Assembly: GCA_900539595.1 (NCBI GenBank)
Contig: UQCQ01000008.1
Coordinates: forward strand, 7,993 to 71,992
From: an uncultured Mollicutes bacterium
GTDB taxonomy: Bacteria > Bacillota_I > Bacilli_A > RFN20 > CAG-826
Direction: 5' to 3'
DNA: 64,000 bases
The notes below the pieces were generated by a model that worked only from the letters and a program-made list of their open reading frames with translations, was not told the DNA's origin and ran no database searches. The translations under genes were made by a program, and so were the position numbers. Shown here one piece after another: positions 1-8,960 of the stretch; the stretch's first letter is position 1, and each line of letters begins with the position of its first letter.

Positions 1-892
1 AAACCTTGTCCTCGAGTTCGGGGAAGGCTTTTTTGACATACATGACAAAGGCGGGGCAGCAAGAGGAGGTGCACATTCCTTCTTCTGCTAAATCCCTAGC
101 TTCATTCATCGCGACGATATCCGCGCCGAGTGCGGCTTCTACCACATCTTGAACGCCAAGTTGCTTGATTCCCGTGACCACTTGGCCGAGTTTTACAAAG
201 CGAAGCTGGCTGGCGATGCTAGGAGCCACAATCATATAGACCTTGTAGTTCTTGCCTCCTTCTGCTCCGCGGATGATATCGATGGCCTTCGTGATGAAGG
301 ATTTATCCATGATGGCGCCAAAGGGGCAAGCGTAGGAGCACTGTCCGCAACGGACGCACCTCTCCTCATCGATTTGGGTGATGCCGTTAACGTCAGGATG
401 GATCGCGTTGACTTTGCAGGCGGATTCGCAGGGGCGTTTGTTGTTGACAATCGCGCCGAATTGGCAGGATTTCGCGCAGAGTCCGCAGTTGACGCAAAGG
501 TTCTTATCGATGCGGCAGCGCAAGTCGGAGCCAAAGCTAATCGCGTTGCGGTGGCAGGCTTGGGCGCAGCGGTGAGCCAAGCAGCCGCGGCATAAATCGG
601 TGACGGTGATGCCGCCGAAGGGGCATTGGTCGCAGGCAGCCTGGATCACTTCCAATAAATTCGCGTTTTTGGAATCGCCGCCTAGGGCAATCTTAATGCG
701 TTCCCGGACAATTTCTCTTTCCTTATAGATGCAGCAACGCATCGTGGCTTTTGGGCCCGGGGAAATGGAATAAGGAATCGCGTCGATTTCTTCGGGGCTT
801 AAATTCCCATCCCAATATCCACGGGCAATCGCGGTTAAAACCTTCCACTTCAGCTCTTGGACGAGGGTATCAAATCGATTTTCTATAGCCAT
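1..892 (-). CDS. [FeFe]-hydrogenase, catalytic type (HydA/HfsD-like); 5' part only, 3' end lies beyond the window edge
   Basis: Not in the ORF track because no stop falls in the window. Reverse-strand reading from ATG 892-890 gives MAIENRFDTLVQELKWKVL...EVIQAACDQCPFGGITVTDLCRGCLAHRCAQACHRNAI...CVNCGLCAKSCQFGAI...CVRCGQCSYACPFGAIMD...EEGMCTSSCCPAFV. This shows several ferredoxin-type Cys clusters followed by a TSCCP-like H-cluster motif. The + ORF 149..595 is its antisense shadow. Confidence 0.8.
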   Translation of the reverse strand, partial: MAIENRFDTLVQELKWKVLTAIARGYWDGNLSPEEIDAIPYSISPGPKATMRCCIYKEREIVRERIKIALGGDSKNANLLEVIQAACDQCPFGGITVTDLCRGCLAHRCAQACHRNAISFGSDLRCRIDKNLCVNCGLCAKSCQFGAIVNNKRPCESACKVNAIHPDVNGITQIDEERCVRCGQCSYACPFGAIMDKSFITKAIDIIRGAEGGKNYKVYMIVAPSIASQLRFVKLGQVVTGIKQLGVQDVVEAALGADIVAMNEARDLAEEGMCTSSCCPAFVMYVKKAFPELEDKV

Positions 893-905
893 AACAAACG
901 ACTCC

Positions 906-2084
906 TTAATAATAAAGAACTTCCACTTCCTTCCCGAGGGAACGTAATTCCTCGGCAAGGGAAGAGATGACGAACATTTTCATTTTGATGTTGAGGGCAG
1001 GGGAATCCTGATGGGCGGGGTTCATCGCGCACCCCACCCGGAAATGAATGGAAGTGGCTTCTTCGATCAACATCCTAGAAAGGCGCGAGGCTCCATCTTG
1101 ACGGAAGCTCCATTCAAAATAGAGTTCGTTCTTCCCCTTGTAGTCTTGAAGGATTTCTAGAACCTTGTTCAAGGTGATGATCCCTTCGGTGACGAGATCT
1201 ACCCCTTCAATTTGCGAAGTCGGCGGGACTTCGGAGTCTTCGTAATCCAAACTCCCAATGACTTCTTTGCCAAGGTATTTAGCGACGATCGTCGCGCTTG
1301 TCCCTCCGCAGACGACATGCGGCCCCGGAAGAGAGAAGAATTCTTTCAGCAATTTTTCGTCGTCTTCTTTCTTTTGGGGCGGACCCACCCAAATGTTCAG
1401 GGGGCTCGTCTTACGACGAGTGAGGACCAAAGCCGTCACATCGTCCCCCGGCCTCGAATTATAAAGAAGCCGGCAATGGTCTACAAGAAGCGTCGCCCGG
1501 TTTTTGGCGCTGGTAAGTGGATTCCAAAGTCCTTCGAGGTATTCTTTGATTTCTTCTCTTCCCCAGCCAAAATTTAACGTTTCTCCGACTCCTGCATAAA
1601 CCGCCCCATCCGTAAAGAGGGTCACTTCGTCTTCGACGTCCAAATAAAAGGAAGCAAATGCGACGGATTTTCCTTCTAAATTTAGGGATTTCCATTCGAT
1701 GTTCCTTGCTTTTCCTTTCCGTAAAACAATCGGTTCGGGATTATCGAAGCAATAGAGAGTGGCGGAAAAATCTTTCTCGACGCGCAGAACGTCGAACGTG
1801 CAATACGCTAGGCCCCCGCGGTCTTTGGCTACAGGTAGGGTGCGAACTAGGGTTGCGACCGCTTCTTCCATCGCGATTCCTTCTTCGATCATTCGTGAAA
1901 GCATCGTGGAAGTTAGGGTCGATAAAATGGAGGCGATGACTCCGCTTCCTAGTCCATCGGCTAAAACTAACGTCAAGGCTCCGTCCTCAGATTTGGCCGA
2001 AGCGACGTGATCCCCGCAAAGCTCTTCCCCTTTATGGTTCAGGCTTAAATATCCCCATTCTAAAAGGGAGGCGTTATTTTCCAT
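906..2084 (-). CDS. SpoIIE/PP2C-family protein phosphatase (HfsC-like)
   Basis: 392-aa ORF with CGDHVA...LVLADGLGSGV motifs typical of the SpoIIE-type PP2C domain. It overlaps the upstream sensory hydrogenase gene by 11 nt (2074-2084). Confidence 0.75.
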   Translation of the reverse strand: MENNASLLEWGYLSLNHKGEELCGDHVASAKSEDGALTLVLADGLGSGVIASILSTLTSTMLSRMIEEGIAMEEAVATLVRTLPVAKDRGGLAYCTFDVLRVEKDFSATLYCFDNPEPIVLRKGKARNIEWKSLNLEGKSVAFASFYLDVEDEVTLFTDGAVYAGVGETLNFGWGREEIKEYLEGLWNPLTSAKNRATLLVDHCRLLYNSRPGDDVTALVLTRRKTSPLNIWVGPPQKKEDDEKLLKEFFSLPGPHVVCGGTSATIVAKYLGKEVIGSLDYEDSEVPPTSQIEGVDLVTEGIITLNKVLEILQDYKGKNELYFEWSFRQDGASRLSRMLIEEATSIHFRVGCAMNPAHQDSPALNIKMKMFVISSLAEELRSLGKEVEVLYY

Positions 2085-3744
2085 GGTCCTCCTTGGTGGA
2101 GAGGGAAGCTTCTAGACGGGTTAAGGCGATTTTCGTTTCTGCGGCGGATTCTCCCAGCAATTGGGCGATTTGTTGAACCGCGGCCATGTTTTTCTCGATG
2201 ACTTCGTTGGCAAGGCTTGTGGCTTCTTTTCTTCGTTTTAAATTGGCTTGATGCTCCGCTTCGCGTTCCGTGCGGTCGTGGAGAATGGCCATTAATGTTC
2301 CATATTTTTCGGAGAAAAGCACGGTCGCTTCGACGACTTTCCCCGATTCAAGGTTCAATTTCTTGTTTTCGGCTCTTCCTTTTTCTACCGCGTCAGCGAT
2401 GAGTTCCATTGGGATCAGCTCGGAAAGGTCTTTGCCTAGCATCGTTTCCTTGGAGATACCAAATAGCTTCTCCGCGGCTTGGTTTGCTAATTCAATCTTC
2501 CATTCCTTGGAAGCGGTTAAGATGCCGTTAGGAGAATTTTCGTAGATATGGGCGGAGACGCTTTTGGCTTTTTCCATCAAATAAGGAAGGCACATCTCTA
2601 CCTGGGCTTTGCCTTCTAACACGGCGATTGCTTTTTCTCGGCAAGAAGAATACCCGCAGCAGGCGCAATTGAGTTCATCTTGCTTATTATGTTTCCCCAT
2701 TCGTTCCAAAACTTCTTGGATTTGGTCTTCGCTAAAAGAAGGTTTATGGCCATGGAAGCCATTAAAATCTTTTCTTATATCTTTTGCTATATATTCCTTG
2801 GAATCGAAATGACCCTGTCCGCCAAATTCTTCTAAAAGGATTTTAGATTCCACAGCCCCCGCTTTACGATTTGGCATCGCGGGGCCGTTAAGGCATGACC
2901 CGCGACAAGCGGAAAGCTCTAAGAAAACATGATGGAGTTTCCGCGCGCGGATTTCTTCTAACGCCTCGATAGTCGTCTCCACTCCCGATAAGGCAAGATA
3001 ACGATATCCAGGCTCTTCTTTCTTCATCGTGGCTAAGATTCCCCCTTCTTCGGGGTAAAGCCGTTCCAAGGGTCCTTGGGGTTCTTGCTCTTCTTGCAGA
3101 ACAAGATGATTTTCTTGAAGAAGGGCTTCTAAGTCCAAGAAGGTCAAAGCCAAATCCAAGGAATTGTTTTGACGGTCCGCTTCTTCCTTTTTGGCGATGC
3201 AGGGGCCGAAGAAAACCGTTTTGGCCTTCGGATGACGTTTTTTGATATCCAGGCAATGGGCTTCTAGGGGTGTAAAAACGGGAGCAAGGCAAGGCAATAA
3301 ATCCGCATAATGACGTTCTAGCAATAAATTAACGGAAGGGCAGGCCGAAGAAAGCAAAACGTCGTAGTTCGGCAAAATTTCTTCGTAGGCTTTGGAAACA
3401 AAGCGGGCTCCTCGAGAAGTTTCTTCGGCGTCTTGAAAACCTAATTGACGTAAAGCGCTTTGAAGGGAAGCAAAGCTAACGCGAGGGAAAGCGGCCCGGA
3501 AGCTTGGGGCGATCGAAGCGTAGCATTCTCCTTCTTTTAGGAGTTCATCTAGGCGCGGCTTATCATCGCGGATCACTTTCGCGTGGCTTGGGCAAGTTTC
3601 GTAGCAGGAGCCGCAATAAAGGCATTCGGATTGTTCGATATGGGCTTGCCCGTCGTGAAAGGATATTGCCTTCACGGGGCAATGACGGATGCATTTATAA
3701 CAGGTTCTGCAATCCGATTTTAAGCTTCGTAATGGGTAGTCCAT
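2074..3744 (-). CDS. Sensory (group C, HydS/HfsB-like) [FeFe]-hydrogenase homolog with C-terminal PAS-like domain
   Basis: 556-aa ORF with two N-terminal ferredoxin motifs (CRTCYKCIRHCP, CLYCGSCYETCP) and an H-domain-like region (SSACPSVN, FFGPCIAKKEE, ELSACRGSCLNGP). It also has an extra Cys cluster CACCGYSSC, then a PAS-like tail (NSPNGILTASKEWKIELANQAAEKLFGISKETMLGKDL). Confidence 0.75.
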   Translation of the reverse strand: MDYPLRSLKSDCRTCYKCIRHCPVKAISFHDGQAHIEQSECLYCGSCYETCPSHAKVIRDDKPRLDELLKEGECYASIAPSFRAAFPRVSFASLQSALRQLGFQDAEETSRGARFVSKAYEEILPNYDVLLSSACPSVNLLLERHYADLLPCLAPVFTPLEAHCLDIKKRHPKAKTVFFGPCIAKKEEADRQNNSLDLALTFLDLEALLQENHLVLQEEQEPQGPLERLYPEEGGILATMKKEEPGYRYLALSGVETTIEALEEIRARKLHHVFLELSACRGSCLNGPAMPNRKAGAVESKILLEEFGGQGHFDSKEYIAKDIRKDFNGFHGHKPSFSEDQIQEVLERMGKHNKQDELNCACCGYSSCREKAIAVLEGKAQVEMCLPYLMEKAKSVSAHIYENSPNGILTASKEWKIELANQAAEKLFGISKETMLGKDLSELIPMELIADAVEKGRAENKKLNLESGKVVEATVLFSEKYGTLMAILHDRTEREAEHQANLKRRKEATSLANEVIEKNMAAVQQIAQLLGESAAETKIALTRLEASLSTKEDHGK

Positions 3745-3763
3745 CTTCCCTCCTTATAAGGCA

Positions 3764-3790
3764 AAAGGAGGCCCGTTTTGGGGGCCTCCC
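3764..3790 (-). terminator. Intrinsic terminator/attenuator-like hairpin between the [2Fe-2S] gene and the sensory hydrogenase gene
   Basis: The minus strand reads GGAGGCCC-CCAAAAC-GGGCCTCC followed by TTTTGCC. The RBS AAGGAGGG of the next gene follows immediately. Confidence 0.55.
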
Positions 3791-3799
3791 CGTTTCGAA

Positions 3800-4057
3800 T
3801 CAGTCGAGTTGAGGCAGGATTTCTTCGTTCAGGATTCTTTCGCAGTCTTCGGGTTTCACCCCGTGGATGCGCTTATTTCCGACCTGGATTTCCACGCCGC
3901 CTTTTTGGCAATCCCCGAGACAAAAACTGGCTTTGAGGATCACTTTCTCTTCGAGATGAAGGCGCTTCAACTCTTTTTTGAAGGCCTCAATCACCCCGCG
4001 AGAATTGTTGAGATGGCAGCAGCTGCCGACACAGATGGCTAATTCAATCGATTTCAT
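3800..4057 (-). CDS. Thioredoxin-like [2Fe-2S] ferredoxin-domain protein (HfsA-like)
   Basis: 85-aa ORF with Cys pattern CVGSCCH...CLGDC. Its ATG overlaps the adhE stop (TAATG at 4055-4059). Confidence 0.7.
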   Translation of the reverse strand: MKSIELAICVGSCCHLNNSRGVIEAFKKELKRLHLEEKVILKASFCLGDCQKGGVEIQVGNKRIHGVKPEDCERILNEEILPQLD

Positions 4058-6717
4058 TAATTCCCTTTATAGGCATCCTTCATGATTTGGATCATGTCCT
4101 CGACCATGGGCTCTCTCGGGTTCGCCGGGGTGCACTGGTCTTCATAGGCAAGGTATGCGATCTCCTCTAGTTTGTTATTATAGAACGCTTCGTCGGGGAT
4201 AAGGGAGGCGAAATTCATATCGATGCCGATTTCTTTGCCAAGTTCCATGACGTGATCGGCCAAGACGTTGCGGGCGTCTTCGCGGCTTGGGCAATCCCAG
4301 CCCATCGTGCGGCAGATGCGTTGGTACTTCAAATCGCATTGATATTCTTCGTACTTCGGCCAGACCGAGAGTTTAGTCGGCTGCTGTCCGTTATAACGGA
4401 TGACGTGGGGGAGAAGGATCGCACAGGTTTGACCGTGGATCGTGTGGAATTCGCCACCCATCTTGTGGGCAAGGGAGTGGACCAAACCAAGGAAGCTATT
4501 GGCGAAGGCCATACCGGCGATCGTGGCGGCGTTATGCATCTTTTCGCGGGCTTTGAGGTCGTGCTTACCATCTTTGACCGCGCGGGGCAAATAGGTGAAG
4601 ACGAGCTCAATCGCTTCTAGAGCCAACCCATCCGTGAAGTCGCTGGCCATAACCGAGGTATAGGATTCGATCGCGTGAGTCAGGACGTCCATGCCGGTAT
4701 AGGCGGTAGAGCGCGGCGGGATGTTGGTCGTGAATTCGGGGTCGACAATCGCGATCGAGGGGGTCAAGGAATAGTCGGTAAGCGGATATTTCTTGAGGTT
4801 GGCCTTATCGGAGATGACGGCGAAGGGGGACACTTCACTGCCGGTGCCCGAGGTGGTCGGGATGCAGATGAGTTTGGATTTGCGGCCGAGTTCCGGATAT
4901 TTGAAGGCGCGTTTGCGGATATCCATGAACTTTTGCTTCAAGTCGTTGAAGTCGACTTCGGGGTGTTCGTAGAAGATCCACATGCCTTTGGCGGCGTCCA
5001 TGGCGGAGCCACCTCCCAAAGCAATGATCGTGTCGGGTTGGAACTCCTTCATGAGTTCAACGCCGCGGCGAACCGTCGTGATATCGGGATCGGGTTCGAC
5101 TTCGGCGAAGAGCTGATAGGTGACCGGGTTGCGGCGGGCCATAAGCTGATCGATGATCTTGTTGAGGAAGCCGAGTTGGACCATGGAATGGTCGGTGACG
5201 ATGAAGACTTTATCGACGTCTTTGGCCGATTTTAAGTATTGGATCGAATTGCGTTCGAAGTAAATCTTTTGCGGGACTTTGAACCATTGCATGGTGTTTC
5301 TCCTTTTGCCGACGCGCTTGACGTTGATGAGGTTGACCGCCGAGGTATTTCCCGCGACCGAGTTATGGCCATAGGAACCGCAGCCAAGGGTCAAGGACGG
5401 AAGGAAGCTGTTGTAGACGTTTCCGATGCCGCCGAAGGTAGTCGGGGAGTTCCAGATGATACGGATGGCCGGTTCTTTGTCGCCGAATTCATCCGCCATC
5501 TTTTGATCGTGGCAATGGATGCCGGCGCTGTGGCCAAGGCCGCCGAATTCGAGCATTTCCTTGCACTTGGCAAAGCCTTCTGCTGCATCTTGGACTTTAT
5601 AGATGGCGAGAACCGGGGAGAGTTTTTCTCTCGACATCGGTTCAGCAACCCCGACCGTGTCGCACAAAACGGCGATGACTTGGTCTTCTTTGGGGATTGC
5701 AAAACCCGAATTCTCAGCGATTTTGAAGGCGCTCATGCCGGCCACCGCGGGATTAAGACGGGCACTAGCCACATCTTCGGACCCTTTGGTGACGCCGAAC
5801 ATATACTTTTCAAGCATTCTCGTTTCTTTTTCGGAAGCAAAGTAAATGTGATAACGCTTCATCGTTTCGATCACTTGGTCATAGACCTTTTCGTGGATGA
5901 AGATGGCCGATTCGGAAGCGCAGATCATGCCGTTATCGAAGGATTTGGAAAGATAGATATCGTTGACGGATTGGTCGATATCCGCGGATTCGTCCACGTA
6001 AACCGGGACGTTACCGGCTCCAACCCCAAGCGCGGGTTTGCCGCAGCTATAAGCGGCGGTGACCATGGAGTTGCCACCGGTAGCAAGGATCGTGGCAACG
6101 CCAGGATGGTGCATCAAAGCGGTTGTGGCATCGAGAGAAGGATGTTCAATCCATTGGATGCAGTTTTCCGGGGCTCCAGCGGCAACGGCGGCATCGCGCA
6201 TGACGATGGCCGCGGCTTTGGAGCAATTTTGCGCACCCGGATGGAACCCAAAGATAATCGGGTTACGGGTTTTGATCGCGATTAAGGATTTGAAGATGAC
6301 GGTCGAAGTCGGGTTAGTGACCGGGGTAACCCCAGCGATCACGCCTAACGGCTCGGCAATTTCGGTGATGCCGGTGACCGGGTCTTCGGAGATGACGCCA
6401 ACCGTTTTGGTGTGGCGCATATTGTTAACGACATATTCACAGGCGAAGAGGTTCTTGGTCGCTTTGTCTTCGAAGACGCCGCGATGGGTTTCTTCAATCG
6501 CTTTACGGGCGAGGATGCCATGGTGATCCAAACCGGCAACGGACATCTTTGCCACGATGTAGTCGATTTTTTCTTGGTCGAAGGACATGAATTCGTCGAG
6601 GGCTTTTAAGCCTTTTTGGACGAGCTCATCGACCTCTTTTTCGGCAGCGGCCTTTTTGGCGGCTGCTTCTTCCGGGGTCAATTCTTTTTTAACGACGGGT
6701 TTCTTTTCATTAGCCAT
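4057..6717 (-). CDS. adhE: Bifunctional acetaldehyde-CoA/alcohol dehydrogenase
   Basis: 886-aa ORF. The N-terminal half is aldehyde-dehydrogenase-like (GVTPVTNPTST, FDNGMICASESA) and the C-terminal half is an iron-type alcohol dehydrogenase (ALGGGSAMDAAKGMW, His-rich metal site). Length and architecture are typical of AdhE. Confidence 0.95.
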   Translation of the reverse strand: MANEKKPVVKKELTPEEAAAKKAAAEKEVDELVQKGLKALDEFMSFDQEKIDYIVAKMSVAGLDHHGILARKAIEETHRGVFEDKATKNLFACEYVVNNMRHTKTVGVISEDPVTGITEIAEPLGVIAGVTPVTNPTSTVIFKSLIAIKTRNPIIFGFHPGAQNCSKAAAIVMRDAAVAAGAPENCIQWIEHPSLDATTALMHHPGVATILATGGNSMVTAAYSCGKPALGVGAGNVPVYVDESADIDQSVNDIYLSKSFDNGMICASESAIFIHEKVYDQVIETMKRYHIYFASEKETRMLEKYMFGVTKGSEDVASARLNPAVAGMSAFKIAENSGFAIPKEDQVIAVLCDTVGVAEPMSREKLSPVLAIYKVQDAAEGFAKCKEMLEFGGLGHSAGIHCHDQKMADEFGDKEPAIRIIWNSPTTFGGIGNVYNSFLPSLTLGCGSYGHNSVAGNTSAVNLINVKRVGKRRNTMQWFKVPQKIYFERNSIQYLKSAKDVDKVFIVTDHSMVQLGFLNKIIDQLMARRNPVTYQLFAEVEPDPDITTVRRGVELMKEFQPDTIIALGGGSAMDAAKGMWIFYEHPEVDFNDLKQKFMDIRKRAFKYPELGRKSKLICIPTTSGTGSEVSPFAVISDKANLKKYPLTDYSLTPSIAIVDPEFTTNIPPRSTAYTGMDVLTHAIESYTSVMASDFTDGLALEAIELVFTYLPRAVKDGKHDLKAREKMHNAATIAGMAFANSFLGLVHSLAHKMGGEFHTIHGQTCAILLPHVIRYNGQQPTKLSVWPKYEEYQCDLKYQRICRTMGWDCPSREDARNVLADHVMELGKEIGIDMNFASLIPDEAFYNNKLEEIAYLAYEDQCTPANPREPMVEDMIQIMKDAYKGN

Positions 6718-6718
6718 A

Positions 6719-7360
6719 TCACTTTTCCTCCTTGGCTAAAGCGATGTTGAGTTTGTGGCTCAATACCGCCAGGGACGACGCGAGATTGACGTTCTCCACG
6801 ACGATGTTCTCGGGGACATCGAGGTGAGTCGGGGCAAAATTCCATAGGGCTTTGGCTCCCGCTTTGATCGCTTCATCGGCGACTTGCTGCGCTTGCGACG
6901 CAGGGACGCAGATAATGGCGATATGGGCATTGAGCCGGGGGATCAAGTCTCCGAGTCTAGAAATCGGATAGACTTCTTTTTCTCCCACTTTATGGCCGAT
7001 TTTTTCTGGATTGGAATCAAATCCTGCTAGGATTTCTAATCCCATCTCCCGGAAGGCGGGGAAGTTCATGAGAGCCCCACCCATATGACCGACGCCGATG
7101 AGTACGGCGCTAGTGGAATCGCGGTAGCCTAAGAAGGATTCGATATCGTTCACGAGTTGGCGGACGCTTCTTCCTTTCTTGGGACGACCCGGTTCTAAGG
7201 AGACGTTCTGCAAGTCTTTGCGGACTTGTTCCTCGCTATAGCCAAGCTTTGCGGCGATGCGGGGAGAAGAGATCGTTTCCTCTCCTTTTTCTTGGAGTTC
7301 CTTAAAATATTTTAAGTAGACGGGATACCGTTCCAGTTGGTTCATGGAATAGGTTTTCAT
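6719..7360 (-). CDS. rex: Redox-sensing transcriptional repressor Rex
   Basis: The ORF-track start at 7381 is a TTG. The ATG at 7360 is preceded by AAAGGAGGAAAGACC. The product MKTYSMNQLERYPVYLKYF... has an N-terminal wHTH plus a Rossmann GVGHMGGAL motif. Its stop lies 1 nt before the adhE ATG. Confidence 0.9.
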   Translation of the reverse strand: MKTYSMNQLERYPVYLKYFKELQEKGEETISSPRIAAKLGYSEEQVRKDLQNVSLEPGRPKKGRSVRQLVNDIESFLGYRDSTSAVLIGVGHMGGALMNFPAFREMGLEILAGFDSNPEKIGHKVGEKEVYPISRLGDLIPRLNAHIAIICVPASQAQQVADEAIKAGAKALWNFAPTHLDVPENIVVENVNLASSLAVLSHKLNIALAKEEK

Positions 7361-7442
7361 GGTCTTTCCTCCTTTCTTCAAATCGTGGTTCTTGCCTCGA
7401 ACCGCGACAAGTTTAGAGCGTTATCAACATTAGGTAAATGTT

Positions 7443-7473
7443 TACCGATATATTGATACCGATATATTGATAC
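7443..7473. repeat. Tandem direct repeat TACCGATATATTGA, 2.2 copies, in the rex upstream region
   Basis: Read directly: TACCGATATATTGA TACCGATATATTGA TAC. Confidence 0.9.
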
Positions 7474-7711
7474 TGAAATCGCTTACATGCCACATGGAAG
7501 CGTTTACAAACGGTTATACAGTGTATAGTAAATGCAAGTTTATTTAGCAGTCCTGGCGTTTTCACTTATTTTTTATACAGTGTACATATTTTTAGGGTTT
7601 TAAGGGTCAGTTTTAGGCTTCGAACCCCTTTGGATTGGTCTACGAAATCGCCTGTTTTCTAAAAAGCCGCATAACGTCGATGGCATCGAAATAATCATTA
7701 AAAATATCGTG

Positions 7712-7759
7712 AAAAGTAGACTAAAAAGTAGACTAAAAAGTAGACTAAAAGTAGACTAA
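7712..7759. repeat. Tandem 12-nt word array (AAAAGTAGACTA-like, 4 copies)
   Basis: Read directly: gAAAAGTAGACTAAAAAGTAGACTAAAAAGTAGACTAAAAGTAGACTAA. One unit is 11 nt. Confidence 0.9.
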
Positions 7760-7871
7760 TATTTCGAGCGCAGCCGTTATTGTTATTAGGATTTTTTGGT
7801 TCTTTTAGGATGGCAGAAAAATTTTTTCCCTAACCCCCCTTGGGGGGGTATTGTGCTTTTGGCAAACCTGT

Positions 7872-8023
7872 ATTAGGATAAAGCCATCAAGGGAGAAATC
7901 CTTTGAATAGACCGTAACGAAGGGGACACCTATCGGATCCATCAACGGGTCATGAATAGTGTGCGGGGAAGAAATCGGGCTCCCACCATTATGGCGGGGA
8001 TGTACCTCGCTTTTTATTTTGCC
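7872..8023 (+). ncRNA. Conserved ~150-nt structured-RNA-like element, copy 1, forming the 5' leader of the DUF3800 gene (possible member of the reported DUF3800 RNA motif classes)
   Basis: Its first 71 nt are identical to copy 2. Blocks shared by all three copies are TAGACCGTAACGAAGGGGACACCTATC, GTGCGGGG-AGA-N-GGGCTCCCACC and CGGCGGGG-N5-CCTCGC+TTTTT. It ends 2 nt before the ATG at 8025. Confidence 0.55.
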
Positions 8024-8024
8024 A

Positions 8025-8699
8025 ATGAAAGAATTATCGATATTTGTAGACGAATCTGGAGATTTTGGGGCATACGACCATCATTGCCCCATTTATCTAT
8101 TTTCATTGGTTTATCACGATCAATCTTTAGATATCTCCGCTTTAACAAAATCCTTCCAAGATGGATTAAGCCAAATCGATGCAGGCATGACTTACTTTCA
8201 CGCAGGGCCATTAATTCGTCGAGAAGGCGAATATAAGGAAATGGATGTTTTTCAGCGAAGAAAAGCATTCAATAAAATGTCTTATCTCACGAAGAATCTC
8301 CCCATCAGTTACTCTGTCGTTTCCGTGGAGAAAACCCATATTTCTGGTCAAACTGAACTTTCTAACATATTGAGAAAGGCAACCGAGGCAATCCTTCTGG
8401 AAAATCTCACGTATTTCCAAAGTTTCGACTACATTAAAATTTATTATGACAATGGACAAAAGCAACTACTCCATCTTTTGAAAACCGCATTCGCGTCTTG
8501 CTTAGGCAGTTTAAAAATTAATATCGTAAAGCCCACTGATTACATCTTGTTCCAGGTTGCCGACTTTCTTACAACCATTGAATTGACTCGTTATAAATTC
8601 CAAATGAAAACAATATCTAGCAGTGAATTGCACTTCTTCAACAATGCCCGTGAGTTTCATAGGAACTTTTATCGTGGGATACTCTCTAAACGGTTATAA
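8025..8699 (+). CDS. DUF3800-family protein
   Basis: The ORF track starts at 7959, but that upstream extension only translates the repeated RNA element. The internal ATG at 8025 gives MKELSIFVDESGDFG..., the characteristic DUF3800 N-terminus (hhhDESG). Confidence 0.75.
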   Translation: MKELSIFVDESGDFGAYDHHCPIYLFSLVYHDQSLDISALTKSFQDGLSQIDAGMTYFHAGPLIRREGEYKEMDVFQRRKAFNKMSYLTKNLPISYSVVSVEKTHISGQTELSNILRKATEAILLENLTYFQSFDYIKIYYDNGQKQLLHLLKTAFASCLGSLKINIVKPTDYILFQVADFLTTIELTRYKFQMKTISSSELHFFNNAREFHRNFYRGILSKRL

Positions 8700-8756
8700 G
8701 ACACCGTGAAGAGCTCTCAATTTCGTTTTTTTCGCTTGCCGACACCATGCTTACGC

Positions 8757-8908
8757 ATTAGGATAAAGCCATCAAGGGAGAAATCCTTTGAATAGACCGT
8801 AACGAAGGGGACACCTATCGGATCCATTCTAGGATCGTGAATAGCGTGCGGGGTAGAATTTGGGCTCCCACCTACACGGCGGGGTTGAGCCTCGCTTTTT
8901 CTTTTGCC
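8757..8908 (+). ncRNA. Conserved structured-RNA-like element, copy 2 (no downstream DUF3800 gene)
   Basis: Same blocks and same terminal hairpin plus T-run as copy 1. It starts 58 nt after the DUF3800 stop. Confidence 0.5.
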
Positions 8909-8960
8909 TAGCGACTACCGCCTAGCATTTGCCCTTGTCCAAAGCCTCCACTTCTTCTAT

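Noticed and set aside
149-595. 148-aa + strand ORF, plus overlapping ORFs 232..534 and 378..575
   Set aside because: The Ala/Gly-rich product has no start context. It lies antisense to a convincing Cys-cluster-rich [FeFe]-hydrogenase reading frame that runs from 892 to the window edge.
4675-6285. 186-aa and 348-aa + strand ORFs inside adhE
   Set aside because: These are antisense shadow frames of a full-length, motif-rich AdhE. Their products are Gly/Asp/Arg-biased and have no RBS.
7382-7700. Canonical Rex operator upstream of rex
   Set aside because: A by-eye scan found no TGTGA-N6-TCACA-like site. It is not reported as a feature, and a PWM scan is needed.
7977-7988. GGGCTCCCACCA looked like a tRNA/tmRNA-type acceptor 3' end
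   Set aside because: There is no T-loop (GTTCGAATC-like) or acceptor-stem partner upstream. The other two copies read CCCACCTA, so the CCA is not conserved.
7952-8236. ORFs 7952..8236 and 9047..9265, with similar N-termini (MNSVRGRNRAPTIMAGMYLAFYF / MRGRSRAPTYTAGKYLAFYF)
   Set aside because: The similarity is only the translation of the repeated RNA-like element. The frames diverge immediately after the repeat, and a third copy (8757-8908) has no ORF.
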